From: Nitrososphaerales archaeon
GTDB lineage: Archaea > Thermoproteota > Nitrososphaeria > Nitrososphaerales > UBA213
NCBI GenBank assembly: GCA_965197925.1
Contig: CBDAOC010000020.1
Span: 64,001-128,000, forward strand
Length of the DNA stretch: 64,000 bases
Direction of reading: 5' to 3'
The notes under the pieces are model-generated. The model was given only the letters and a program-made list of their open reading frames with translations, made no database searches and had not been told where the DNA came from. Positions 53,469 to 64,000 of this stretch are shown in pieces (position 1 is the first letter of the stretch; each line of letters begins with the position of its first letter). Both the position numbers and the translations under genes were made by a program.

Positions 53469-54367
53469 ACGTTATTTTTGATGTTATTACGTTATTTGCC
53501 GTTCAACTACGTTATTTCCGTTATTTCCGTTAATTTTTGCTCGCTGAATTCGTGCCTATATACGGCTTGTAAAACTAGTAAAATATCGTAAATAACGTGA
53601 TTTAACGTAAATAACGTGTATAAACCCAAAAATAACGTTTTGATAGAGAAAATAACGTAAATTGGCCCTAATTAACGTGAACTACCAAATAAATAACGTA
53701 AAAATCCCCGTTAATAACGTCACATGGTACTCTAATAACGTATCACTCGATAAAATAACGTAACTTATGACACAAATAATGAATCACTCGATAAAATAAC
53801 GTCAGTTTATCTGCTAATAATGGAATATGTGACACTAATAGCGGAGCACAATAAAATAGCGTACATTGGTCCGTTAATAACGTCATATATGTCACTAAGT
53901 GTTACTAGTGGATTAATAGTGCGCTAATAGTGTCATTAGTAGATTTATAGTGTCATTTGAGCATGAATAGTGCATAATTAGTGCGCGCATGAATAGTGCA
54001 TAATTAACGCGATGGTGAACACTAATAGTGCATAATTAACGCGATGGTGAACACTAATAGTGCATAATTAACGCGATGGTGAACACTAATAGTGCATAAT
54101 TAACGCGATGGTGAACACTAATAGTGCATAATTAACGCGATGGTGAACACTAATAGTGCATAATTAACGCGATGGTGAACACTAATAGTGCATAATTAAC
54201 GCGATGGTGAACACTAATAGTGCATAATTAACGCGATGGTGAACACTAATAGTGCATAATTAACGCGATGGTGAACACTAATAGTGCATAATTAACGCGA
54301 TGGTGAACACTAATAGTGCAGCACATTACACTAATAACGTCACTAGCTACACTATTTTTCCGCTATT
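53469..54367. repeat. Phased array of AATAACGT-family motifs with orientation switches
   Basis: Inverted copies at 53469, 53489, 53509. Direct copies or variants about every 20-21 bp from 53591 to 53876. Inverted variants at 54350 and 54360. Confidence 0.9.
53992..54320. repeat. Perfect tandem repeat, 10 x 32 bp plus partial unit
   Basis: AATAGTGCATAATTAACGCGATGGTGAACACT at 53992, 54024 ... 54280. Confidence 0.97.
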
Positions 54368-54399
54368 TCAACAAAAACGTTGATTTGAATAATTAAAAT

Positions 54400-54600
54400 C
54401 CATACCTAATTCCTTCTGGCAATATGCTGTTATACTCTGATAGATATTATCATTACGAATATTGGCGTAGTGAGTTCAGCAGATAATGGTACAATCAATG
54501 AACCTGTGCTAGATGTCACATGAAGCTTGTATCCAAATACCAATCCGTTGGTTTTGCCGTAGCCCAATCTTGTATCTGCATCTTCCATAGTGTGGAATTA
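54400..54600 (-). mobile_element. Transposase fragment related to the element at 62264-63348
   Basis: DADTRLGYGKTNGLVFGYKLHVTSSTGSLIVPLSAE matches DTDARWGYSRTKGWILGYKLHLACSTGSLIVPLSAD. Confidence 0.8.
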
Positions 54601-55207
54601 TATCCTCCATTATGTTTATCAAGAATAATCTTACAAAATTCGAACCGCCCTAACAGCAACATAATCTTAAAGACCACATAGTGACTCTTGTTCGAGATGA
54701 ATTAATTCAAATCACATTAAAGTTGTTTGGTGTGACTGGTTCAATGAGAATTATTAGATCTGCCCTCGAATTTCTCCACCAGGATTCTCTACTGTGTGAA
54801 TGTTAACATAAGTATTTCCTGAGGTCATCTCAGCAATGAGTGCAGATAAAGTCACCCATGGTCGTTGGGTATCGAGAATATTTTTACATTATTGGAAACG
54901 CCAAAAATAATAATCTTAACTCATTTGTGACTCTGTGTGGGAACATCATACTCGATACAAGTATATGGAACCCATAAACACGCAGGCCCATCGGGCATTG
55001 ATTACTACTGATTGTCGGGTTCATCCTTTAGGTTGTTATCAACAGTTATACTTCTTGTACGACACCTACACTCACAATAATACTCCTTGCATAAATGATG
55101 AAGCTTTAGAGTAGCACATTCTAAGCCTTCCCAAGGTCAGGTTAGGTGTTACGGACATAATGCCTTTGGATGGTATACAAGATGTATTGGTTGCTAAAGC
55201 TTCCAGT

Positions 55208-57828
55208 TTAATCCTTGGGTCTTGCATCTCCTTTTGTGATCATATTGCCAGCAGTATCTAATACTATCCACTCAAAAGATGAAGCTTTGTTTTCAACTAC
55301 CATCAGGATTATCAATGATTTACCAGGTTTGATCGTTTTGTCACTCGCGTACACTACTACAGTGCTCTGGTCTATCTTATCCCTGTCCCATCCTCTAGCC
55401 TTCACATACCTGATCTTTCCATCATTTATCTTCATCTGAAAGCCGAATATCTCTTCATCTCCATTGTTCTTAACAGCAACCAAGGTTACTTTCTTCTTGT
55501 GCTTCGTAGCTACGCTCACATCTGCCTGTTTGTTCTCCCCGAGCAGAACTGGTTCTGGTGTTTCCACAGATGACTCTTTGAAGTATACATGGAAGTGAGG
55601 AGACGTTTTCTTGAAGGTCTTTTTCATGTTGCTTCCGTCGCTTACGAACTCATTAAAATTTGGATCCTTAGTAATAATATCTCTTAGTAAAAGTATTCGA
55701 TCTATGTCATATTCTTTGCATTTCGCTATTACGAGATCTTCACTATAATTATCACATAATGGTCGGGGTGGCGGATCCTTCCTTCCCAAATTTGAATCCT
55801 CAAACCAGGCAAAACCAAGATCTACTATCCTGCCATTGCCATGGGTGTGGTGATTAGGCTTCCAGTTGCCCTTTATATCGTGCAACCCGCCCCAAGGCAA
55901 GCTCATAGCAGTGATCTTCATGCCTACCATGTGCTTTTTACCTATGCTAACAATAATACCTCCTTCAATTTTGCATGCATTACCGCCAGGATTAAATGCA
56001 GATTAAATGCACAGTCTATCTGTCTCTGCATAAATTCATTTGCTATCCGTACCAATACGTCATTTGTAGCCTCCATACCGTAAAAGATGCAGTCATGCCT
56101 CGTTTGCTTCTCAAAAAACCATGGACTGTCGAGAGGAACATGCTCTCCACCACATAGCCGTTCCAATTCAGAACCTGGCATCGGTTGCAGATTAGGTACT
56201 TTTGTTACTATCCAGTTCTCACCCTCAACTGAAGGATCACCCTGCTCTGTTGCAATTATCCAGTCCTTGCCAGCTATAATGTGATCATGGTTTCCATCAT
56301 GGATTTTTGGAGGTGTATATGTGAGGATTATCTTGCCGTTCTCGTTAGTCTTCTCAACTAGGTCATTGCCTTTCTCACCATCATTATTGTCAAGTTCTCC
56401 CGTTGGTCTGGAGTCCCGGTCGCATCTTTTTCGCCCTTTATCATGAATATGCCCATCTGTACCTTCTCCTCCACGTTCCGTGCAGACCTTAATGTTTATT
56501 TCCATCTCCTTGGCAGGCTTGCCTCCTTTCTTTGCTATCACTGTTATCTTGGCTTGCGGATTTGGTTCGTTTAATATCGATTTATCTCCATAATCTAGAT
56601 ACAGCTCTTGAGGCTCTACCAGAACTTCAATTGATTCGGCTTCTTGAACTACCGAGGTCACCGTTATGGATCTAAGTACTCCAGAATACACCGCCTTGGC
56701 TGTGATCAGAATAGCATATTCCTCAACTTCATGGACTAAGCTTTTAATCGGACTGGGTTTCGTCTGAATTGTTAGATCAGCTGTGCCTTCCTTCACTGCT
56801 TGTATCTCCCTTGGCTGCAAAGTAATTTTATGCCAGGGCATCAGTAAGGGATCCGTCTTGACATCCAGATAAACACGTTCAGGACTTGTAGTATGCCAAT
56901 TGATCTTAATAGTCCAAGATGCGGATTCACCCTCCATAACCTCTACGAGAGATGTGGGAGATACGGAAAGGCTATAGTCAGCTTCCTGTGTAGGTTGAGG
57001 AGAAGGAGCGGGATATGGGCTAGGTTTATCTTCTACAATAACTAGCGTAAGCGTTGTGGAGCGGGTTAGACCCCCTCCTTCTGCCAAAACAGTAATGGTG
57101 AAGGTTCCTTTAGGCGTATCCTGCGAAGTTATGATAGTCAACTCAGATGAAAAAGTTGGACTGTCTGTAATTTTGGTTAAACTAACCTTAACCGCCTTCA
57201 GCAATTCAGACTGTTTGATGCCGACCGTCAGGGTAATGGGCTCAGCATTACCACTCTCCAAGGTTAGCGTAACCCTCGTCTCTGTTGAACGACCGGGTGC
57301 CACCGTCAGGTAGGCGTCACTGGTTCGAATGCTAAAGTCGAAGGATTCCTCGTGTGGTGTCGGACTCGGAGTGGTATCAGAAGATTCATTAACAGATACC
57401 GTGGCTGTGTAAGAGTCTACCGTTTCTCCTGAAGAAGGCTCACAGCGAAATTTAATTTTGTATTGCCCAGGTTCCGTTAATGTCATCGATTTGTCTGGGG
57501 CTACAGCAATGGGTCCATCTATAGTAGCGGTGTAGTACTCCGTCCATTCATCATTGAACGACAACCAAAATTTAACTGTACCAGTATCATAATGCTCACC
57601 TCCAGCAGTTATGTGGACGTTACTAAATGTGATAGTAAGCGGAGCATCACCAGAAAATGTGTCAAGGTTGAAAGTACACACTCCAAAGTTAGCATAAACA
57701 GGTGTTAAGATCGTGCTTGCAAAAATCGAAGTTAATAAAATAACCATCGTTAATGAAGAAGAAATTACTCTTCCTTTTCTTTCTAATTTATGCGTAAATT
57801 TGTAGGCTGTCAAGGTAATTTTCTTCAC
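55208..57828 (-). pseudogene. Secreted multidomain protein with MepA/LAS-type metallopeptidase domain, frameshifted by an 11-bp duplication
   Basis: Signal peptide and PKD/Ig-like modules. MSLPWGG...HHTHGNGRIVD (H-x6-D) and PHFHV (HxH). GATTAAATGCA x2 at 55990-56011; deleting one copy gives one 869-aa ORF. Confidence 0.8.
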
Positions 57829-57927
57829 ACATAGCCATCATCATCCGTTATAGCGGATCTTTTTGCTATGTTAGTATATTTGAATAACAGTAAAAAGAGA
57901 GCAGTCTGTAACATAATATTACATTAA

Positions 57928-58985
57928 GAGCTTATCCGAAAATTAACATCATAGCCTAATTGTTTATACCGAAACAGATCTAGATCTGTTCTCTCTAGCT
58001 AAATTTGTGAGAAAATCAAAGAAAAAGAGCATGCCGACGATATGGCATATACCAGACGATCTATGGGTAGAGTTCAAACTAGTGTTGCTACCAGAGAAAC
58101 CAGCAAGAACAGTTGGAAGGCCAGCTGTGCCATTTAGAAAAGTATTGAATGGAATACTGTACGTATTAAGAACTGGATGCCAGTGGAAGAAAGTATCTAA
58201 AGAATTTGGTTCTGGCTCAACTTGCCACGCAAGATTTCAGGAATGGATTGGGATAGGAGTATTCAAGAAGGTATGGAAGAGGCTGCTGGAAATATATGAT
58301 GAATTGAAGGGTATAGGATGGGACTGGCAATCCATGGATAGCGTTACTGAAGGCCCCATTAGGGGGAAAACGACCGGGAGCAAACCCAACGGATAGAGGT
58401 AAGCTAGGTACCAAACGTCACATGCTGGTTGATAGAAGAGGTATTCCTCTCTCATCTGTAATTACTGGAGCAAATAAACACGATATGAAATCAGCCTTTC
58501 CTACAATAGATAGCATTGTTGTTGATAGGCCCAAAGTTAAACAGAACATATGCATGAATAGGATATGATTTCCCTGAGATAGAGTATGGAGTATGAAATA
58601 TGGAGTTAGGAAGGGGATATGTGGATCACATTCGTCATAAGGGTGAAGTGTTGAAAAAGAATTTGTACAAAGCAAAGAGATGGGTTGTAGAAAGAACCGC
58701 ATCTTGGCATAACAGGTTCAGAAAGTTATTGGTAAGGTTCGAGAAGAGAGAGGAAAATTATCAGGCGCTAGTAGAATTTGCTAACTGCCTAATAGTGTAT
58801 AGAGCGATATATTGGTAGTGTCATAAACACGTTAATGCAACTGTTTCTAGTATCTACTATCTACAATACTAATTATATCAATAGTAAGAAAACTAAACCT
58901 GACAGTTTGAACTAATATTCTTGCATTCTAAATGTTATCATTTCTACCAATCATTAACTATCAGCTAGAATTTTAGGATAGGCTC
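57928..58985 (+). mobile_element. IS5-family element, copy 2 (near-identical to 41153-42207)
   Basis: Same TIRs, TAA TSD and near-identical internal sequence. Confidence 0.93.
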
Positions 58986-59240
58986 TAAGTGTAATAATCT
59001 ATTGTTCTAGATTGAATTATGGCGTACTCGAAGTGTGTTACACACCTGCCTGAAATACCTTCATTTAGAAAGTATGGGTGAAATAATAGGAAGGTATCAT
59101 ATACAATATATCTATATTTTGGGATGAAACCCCTTCTTATACTTAAGTTAATGACCTCAAGCCAAAGACAGCCATCTAAAATGAAGGTATATGCCTATTT
59201 TACAAAAGCTATTTTTAGATATGAGATTTAATACATTGGG

Positions 59241-59594
59241 TTGGAATTCAAGCAAGTAATTGTGATCAGAAGAGAACTGAAAATGGGCACGGGAAAAATT
59301 GCAGTACAGGCATCGCACGCATCTGTACTAGCAGTTGAGAGGGTTAAGGAAGAAAAAAGAGGATGGTTTGATGAATGGTACGAGAGTGGACAAGCAAAGA
59401 TAGCAGTCAAGGTAAAGAGCTTGGATGAATTGATGAGAGTGAAAAAGCATGCGGAAGGATTGGATCTACCAGTAATACAGGTCAATGATCACGGTTTAAC
59501 ACAATTAGCACCTGGAACTACTACGTGTATTGCAATTGGTCCTGCTCCGACTGAATTAATTGACAAAGTCACAAAGGATCTGAAATTGCTCTAA
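59241..59594 (+). CDS. pth2: Peptidyl-tRNA hydrolase Pth2
   Basis: KQVIVIR..LKMG.GKIAVQ..HA, GQAKI, D.GLTQ..PGT.T...IGP. Confidence 0.95.
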   Translation: MEFKQVIVIRRELKMGTGKIAVQASHASVLAVERVKEEKRGWFDEWYESGQAKIAVKVKSLDELMRVKKHAEGLDLPVIQVNDHGLTQLAPGTTTCIAIGPAPTELIDKVTKDLKLL

Positions 59595-60211
59595 GTTAAT
59601 TTAATCTATTGGAATAGATTTAGGGAAAGGATTCCCTTTCCTAAGATAGTCACCTGTCCAAGTGATTAAGGTTATGAAGAGATATTTATGAATAAAGAAT
59701 CAAATTCAGAACCATATTCGTTTTTGTCTAACTCAGAAAATATTTAAGCAAACAGAATAGCCTACACTCAAAAATCTTGTTACCGCCCACGGAACTGACA
59801 ACTGATTGATAATTCAATTTGTCCATAGAACTATATATTTAAACAGACTTTTAAACAGTCTCTATATGAAAATTTTATCACATTGATTGTGGATTTGAGA
59901 TATTATACGACTGCAAATATTTCATTGAAAAACTTCTTTTACATTCTAATAATTTGGAAATAAATGATCTTGAATACTAAGCTATGATTTAGAATGGTAC
60001 TGTATATTTGTTAAAGGATTAATGACTCGAAGAAATCTTCTTTCTTACGAACTTTTAGCTACACGAACGAATAAGCCCGCATGTATCACATCAAGATAAA
60101 AAATTATACAATTAGCAGCTTAAGCATTTTCAAACCAGAGGACACATAACTATTCAGATTGATGCGTTGCACATATTCTTGAATTTTGTTCTATGTTCAA
60201 TACTGGTCATA

Positions 60212-61099
60212 TTATGATCCACCAAACACGATCCATATCATGGATATGCCGATCAAGGCAAAAAGAATCACTATTACTTTCTCCATTTTTTCAGAAGGTA
60301 TTCTCCCTTGGAGCTTCGTTCCTATCTGGCCCCCAACTACAACTCCAGGCACTGTATACATCACAAGATGCCAAGGAACTGCCTTAAATCCTCCTTCCAT
60401 AATTAGTGATAAAACATGGGTGAACGATGCTAACATAATGGTTACAGTTACTATCAATATTGAGGTGGCAGCAGCCACCGGAATCGGAACCCTACATATT
60501 TTTACCAATTGAGACATGACAACCTCGCCTATCCCAACGGACATTAATCCAGTAAAAAAGCCACCAATACCCGTAGCGTAGACATCTTTACTTATATGGC
60601 GAACCCTGTAGCTATACTCACTTCCATCTTTCGCGATAATTTTTCTTTCATGTACCCTCTGCAGGTCTCCAGATAGTTCTCTAATACTTTTTTTATGCAA
60701 TTCTTTTGGTTTAGGTTTTCGCAGCAGAAAGTAAGTGAGGAACAGCATAAGTATCCCATATCCCAGTTTCAACATTGTAGGATCTATTGAATGGGACAGC
60801 AGAGCGCCTACGATGGCAGTAGGTACACCTATAATTGTAAAAGATTTTGCTGTCTGAAAATCAATTAATCCTCTTCGTAAATATCCTATCAGCGCTGATG
60901 AAAACCCAAAACTTTGCGTCAACAAAGCGATACCAATAGCTGCCACTGGACCAGCTAGAGAATATTCTGGTCCTAAAAGTGGGAAGAGAATTAAGAATAT
61001 GGGTATGAACATAGCCGCACCACCAATACCCCCAAGTGTTGCTGTAGTTGCTATTATGACTGAAAATGGTAACATGAACCAGTAAAGAAAATAATCCAT
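60212..61099 (-). CDS. TauE/SafE (TSUP) family transporter
   Basis: GIGGAA...P, G.MSVGIGE, A.ATS; two-repeat multi-TM layout. Confidence 0.88.
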   Translation of the reverse strand: MDYFLYWFMLPFSVIIATTATLGGIGGAAMFIPIFLILFPLLGPEYSLAGPVAAIGIALLTQSFGFSSALIGYLRRGLIDFQTAKSFTIIGVPTAIVGALLSHSIDPTMLKLGYGILMLFLTYFLLRKPKPKELHKKSIRELSGDLQRVHERKIIAKDGSEYSYRVRHISKDVYATGIGGFFTGLMSVGIGEVVMSQLVKICRVPIPVAAATSILIVTVTIMLASFTHVLSLIMEGGFKAVPWHLVMYTVPGVVVGGQIGTKLQGRIPSEKMEKVIVILFALIGISMIWIVFGGS

Positions 61100-61407
61100 G
61101 ACTTTTAGATATAGACCTTTAAGAAAATTGTATCTATTCTGGTAATTGAAGATATATTGTAATTTTTACTATAGAATTTTATCCCAAGTTTGGTTTGAAT
61201 TTATCGATTCGTAACTGTATTACTCTTATTCAGACATTTGTACGGTCTTTCGCTTTCTGTTCAAGTGTTTACCTTGTTGAAGTATTCACATATATCTTCC
61301 CTATTGCTAATATGTGATAATTCCTAACAGTTATATGGTATGTGAACGTATGCTAGATATGCAGCCATGGTTTTCATTTTTAATAAACAGTATTCTGGAG
61401 ATCAGCT

Positions 61408-62061
61408 TTGAAGACTCATGCTGAAGGCGTGATGAAAGTGCCAGTGGACAAAGCAAACTTGGTATCAGAATTGTCAAATTATAATCTTCCATATTTTGTG
61501 CTAGCTAAGGTTGCTAAGGAATGTAATTCAGAGTTAATAAAGAAGGGCAAGATTGCAACTGTACTTAATACCATGAATGAATCTGCTATTACACTATTGC
61601 ATAAAATATTTGTTCAATGTGAAGATGATAAAGAGGGGGAGTTCTCTGATTATAGATTTGCAGTTTTTATGTCTAGCAAGTTTGGGGCAGGAATTACTTT
61701 TGATCAGACTTTAAAAGGTAAAAGTGGAGTTGACTATATGGTTAAGATAGCATGTTATAGCAGCCAGGGGTTAATTGCGATTGGTGAAAATAAACGAAAG
61801 GGGCAGAAGGCTTCTCTAAGTGAATTAGCGCAATTCAATGAGATGGTCATTGATTTATCAGCGTCTAGTAATGGACAACAATTACTACACGCATTTTATG
61901 GCTCATCTGTCGGCTATGAAAAGGATTTCGAGAAGGTATTTCAAGGTAATAAGAAGACGAAAGCATTTGTGAATAAATATGGTTATAGCATACAAAAAAC
62001 AATAACTTTATTGGAGTTCAAGAATGGGAATACCAATAAGGTCCTAACAGCTCCTTTCTAA
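61408..62061 (+). CDS. Hypothetical protein, possible PD-(D/E)XK/Mrr-like fold
   Basis: LKGKSGVDYMV...IAIGENK and YGSSVGY resemble Mrr-cat-type cores. Confidence 0.6.
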   Translation: MKTHAEGVMKVPVDKANLVSELSNYNLPYFVLAKVAKECNSELIKKGKIATVLNTMNESAITLLHKIFVQCEDDKEGEFSDYRFAVFMSSKFGAGITFDQTLKGKSGVDYMVKIACYSSQGLIAIGENKRKGQKASLSELAQFNEMVIDLSASSNGQQLLHAFYGSSVGYEKDFEKVFQGNKKTKAFVNKYGYSIQKTITLLEFKNGNTNKVLTAPF

Positions 62062-62263
62062 CAATAAACAAAAAATTATCACTGTAGGCTTGATCTTAAA
62101 AAGGTGTTATTTTGATACCGAAGAAATTAGTCTAAGGTCTAATTTTGTTCGTATGTAATATTACACCAGTTTAATATAATATTCCATTATCAAACCAAGT
62201 TTGTCATTATTTATTCTCTGTAGGGCAACTTAATCAATAAAAGCAGATAACTAATATCTAATT

Positions 62264-63348
62264 GAGGCTTGGGCGTAATTTAGTTCGAAACGATAAGATC
62301 AGGTTCCAGTTCATATTGGTAATGTGTTTAGCTCAGACTCGATACTTCTTCGCATATTATTTTTGATTGGTGTGATTCGGTCAAAACCTAATAGGAAAAG
62401 GGGTAGACCATTCTACTATTCTCCTACAGTAATGGTGAGATGCTTCATCGTTAGAGTATGGGTAAGAATACCAAGCAACAATGCTTTGCATGAATACTTT
62501 TCGATAGACATGCCATACAACAGGAAGGTAATGGGGTATGTGGTTTGGATAGGTTGCCAGACAGAAGAACATTCGACAGAAGGTTCAAGGCCATCAATTG
62601 ACATAAGATCAAGGATAGATGTTATGGGTATGCTCTTCATAAAAGATGGGTTGGTAGACCCAGCCATAGTATCCGTTGACAGTTCATTGTTGAAAGCAAA
62701 GGGACATGTATGGCATAGATCAAACATGAAGAAGAATGAAGTGCCACGCTCCGGTATAGATACAGATGCTCGATGGGGCTACAGCAGAACCAAGGGATGG
62801 ATATTAGGATACAAACTGCATCTAGCATGTAGCACAGGTTCGTTGATAGTTCCATTATCAGCTGATTTCACAACAGCTAACATTACTGATAACAAGATGT
62901 ATGAAAGCATAACATCTTCATTGCCTACAGGAATGGTAAGGTATGTTGTAGGAGATGAAGGATATGATGATCACAAGTTATGTGATTTCAGCAGGTATAG
63001 AGGGTATCCAGTATTCCCATTGGAAAGGTACAAGCATACTACAGATAATAATAGACTGGCATTGCTGCAGTTCTATAACTCTGAATTTGGACAGCATGTA
63101 TATTCTCGGAGGAGTATAAGCGTTGAGCCATTGGTAGAGCATATGAAGGATGTATTTACCATAGATCCATTGCCAGTTAGAGGATTTGATAAAGCTAGGA
63201 ACATCGTTCTGATTTCTATATTGCTATACCAGCTGATGGTATATTACAACTACTTGACAGGAAGGCCTCTGAAGACATTGAAGCACATGCTGGGAAGTTA
63301 AAGAACCAATTTCAAAATAATATTATAATTGAATTATGCCCAAGCCTC
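62264..63348 (+). mobile_element. IS element with DDE (IS4/IS5-clan) transposase
   Basis: TIRs GAGGCTTGGGCGTAATT / AATTATGCCCAAGCCTC. Flanks ATCTAATT / ATATAATT. ORF 62324-63301 has VDSS, GYKLH, GDEGYD and RSISVE. Confidence 0.88.
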
Positions 63349-63559
63349 ATATAATTATAATAAACCATCATAGTTTTTCACTTATTCCACAGTTCCAGAA
63401 CTTACCCCAGACTTCCCCTTTACTCTTGATATCTACTGTTTTTTCATCTAAATGCACATGTCAACTAGTCTGGACCAATACTAGTATAATTCTATTAGTC
63501 ATTCCAATTGTTCTTTTCTCCCATGATTGAAGTTTTTGCATTGGATAATATTGCTTTGA

Positions 63560-63979
63560 TCAGTAGTTCGCCCTTACGTACTCCTGTTTAGTATGTTTCA
63601 GTATAACCACTTCGCCCACACTATGAATTTCTTGTTGGGGTATCCTTAATGTTTTACCACGTAAGCTGGTTTTGATTTCAATAAGTTCGATCATGTTTCC
63701 AGTATCAGTAAATACTTCCTGCACCTTGCCGAGCCTCACACCTTCTATGTCAATAACCTCCATCGACTTGACGACTGGAGGAATTTTAAGCATGACACAA
63801 TCCATACCTATTCTCTCTACGTACTCCTTGTGGATCAACACATTCTTGTTGAATCCTATATGCACCAACATACCTTTAATCTCCATATTGAAAGGATCTA
63901 TCATTAAATCCTGCACAGTACCAAAGTTCATTCCATCTGTATCTATGACCTTCATACCTTTGATATCTTCGTATCTCAC
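63560..63979 (-). CDS. Tandem PRC-barrel protein
   Basis: Two V.D..G...G.V.(D/E) repeats. Confidence 0.85.
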   Translation of the reverse strand: MRYEDIKGMKVIDTDGMNFGTVQDLMIDPFNMEIKGMLVHIGFNKNVLIHKEYVERIGMDCVMLKIPPVVKSMEVIDIEGVRLGKVQEVFTDTGNMIELIEIKTSLRGKTLRIPQQEIHSVGEVVILKHTKQEYVRANY

Positions 63980-64000
63980 TGCTTTTTTATGCTCTTCATA

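Noticed and set aside
53992..54320. CRISPR array
   Set aside because: Units are identical and head-to-tail with no unique spacers, and there are no cas genes in the window.
53469..54367. Chromosomal oriC with ORB boxes
   Set aside because: The motif does not resemble the TCCA..GAAA..G-string ORB, and there is no adjacent cdc6/orc1.
59620..59644. Hairpin terminator after pth2
   Set aside because: The stem is imperfect with no U-tract, and archaeal termination does not usually need hairpins.
1160..62855. Numerous short antisense or nested ORFs in the track (e.g. 6822-7139, 24775-25284, 46943-47335, 52742-53122)
   Set aside because: They are shadows of well-supported genes on the opposite strand or in another frame.

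Overview
Low-GC archaeal chromosome segment, almost certainly Nitrososphaerota (Thaumarchaeota): it has an unsplit RpoA'/A'' fusion, a PEFG-CTERM-type sorting tail, PolB1 and a helicase-only Hef. About 1-37.5 kb is mostly core genes (rpoA, dys, ino1, smc, oppD/F, aspS, GINS, adh, NIF3, rhomboid, hef, polB, a second DHS, speB, tiaS). About 38-64 kb is an accessory, decaying region with IS elements, pseudogenes, an integrase relic next to a tRNA-Ala att fragment, and large secreted hydrolases. Most interesting: (1) an MshC-like truncated CysRS paralogue with a rebuilt zinc site, translationally coupled to a GNAT and near ino1; (2) an unassigned, GC-rich, highly structured ~196-nt RNA with its own TATA box; (3) a ~900-bp helically phased AATAACGT motif array that grades into a 10x32-bp tandem repeat, about 1.4 kb from the integrase/att relic; (4) a secreted MepA/LAS-type peptidoglycan-peptidase-like protein broken by one 11-bp duplication. 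All calls come from motif reading only; no database searches were run.
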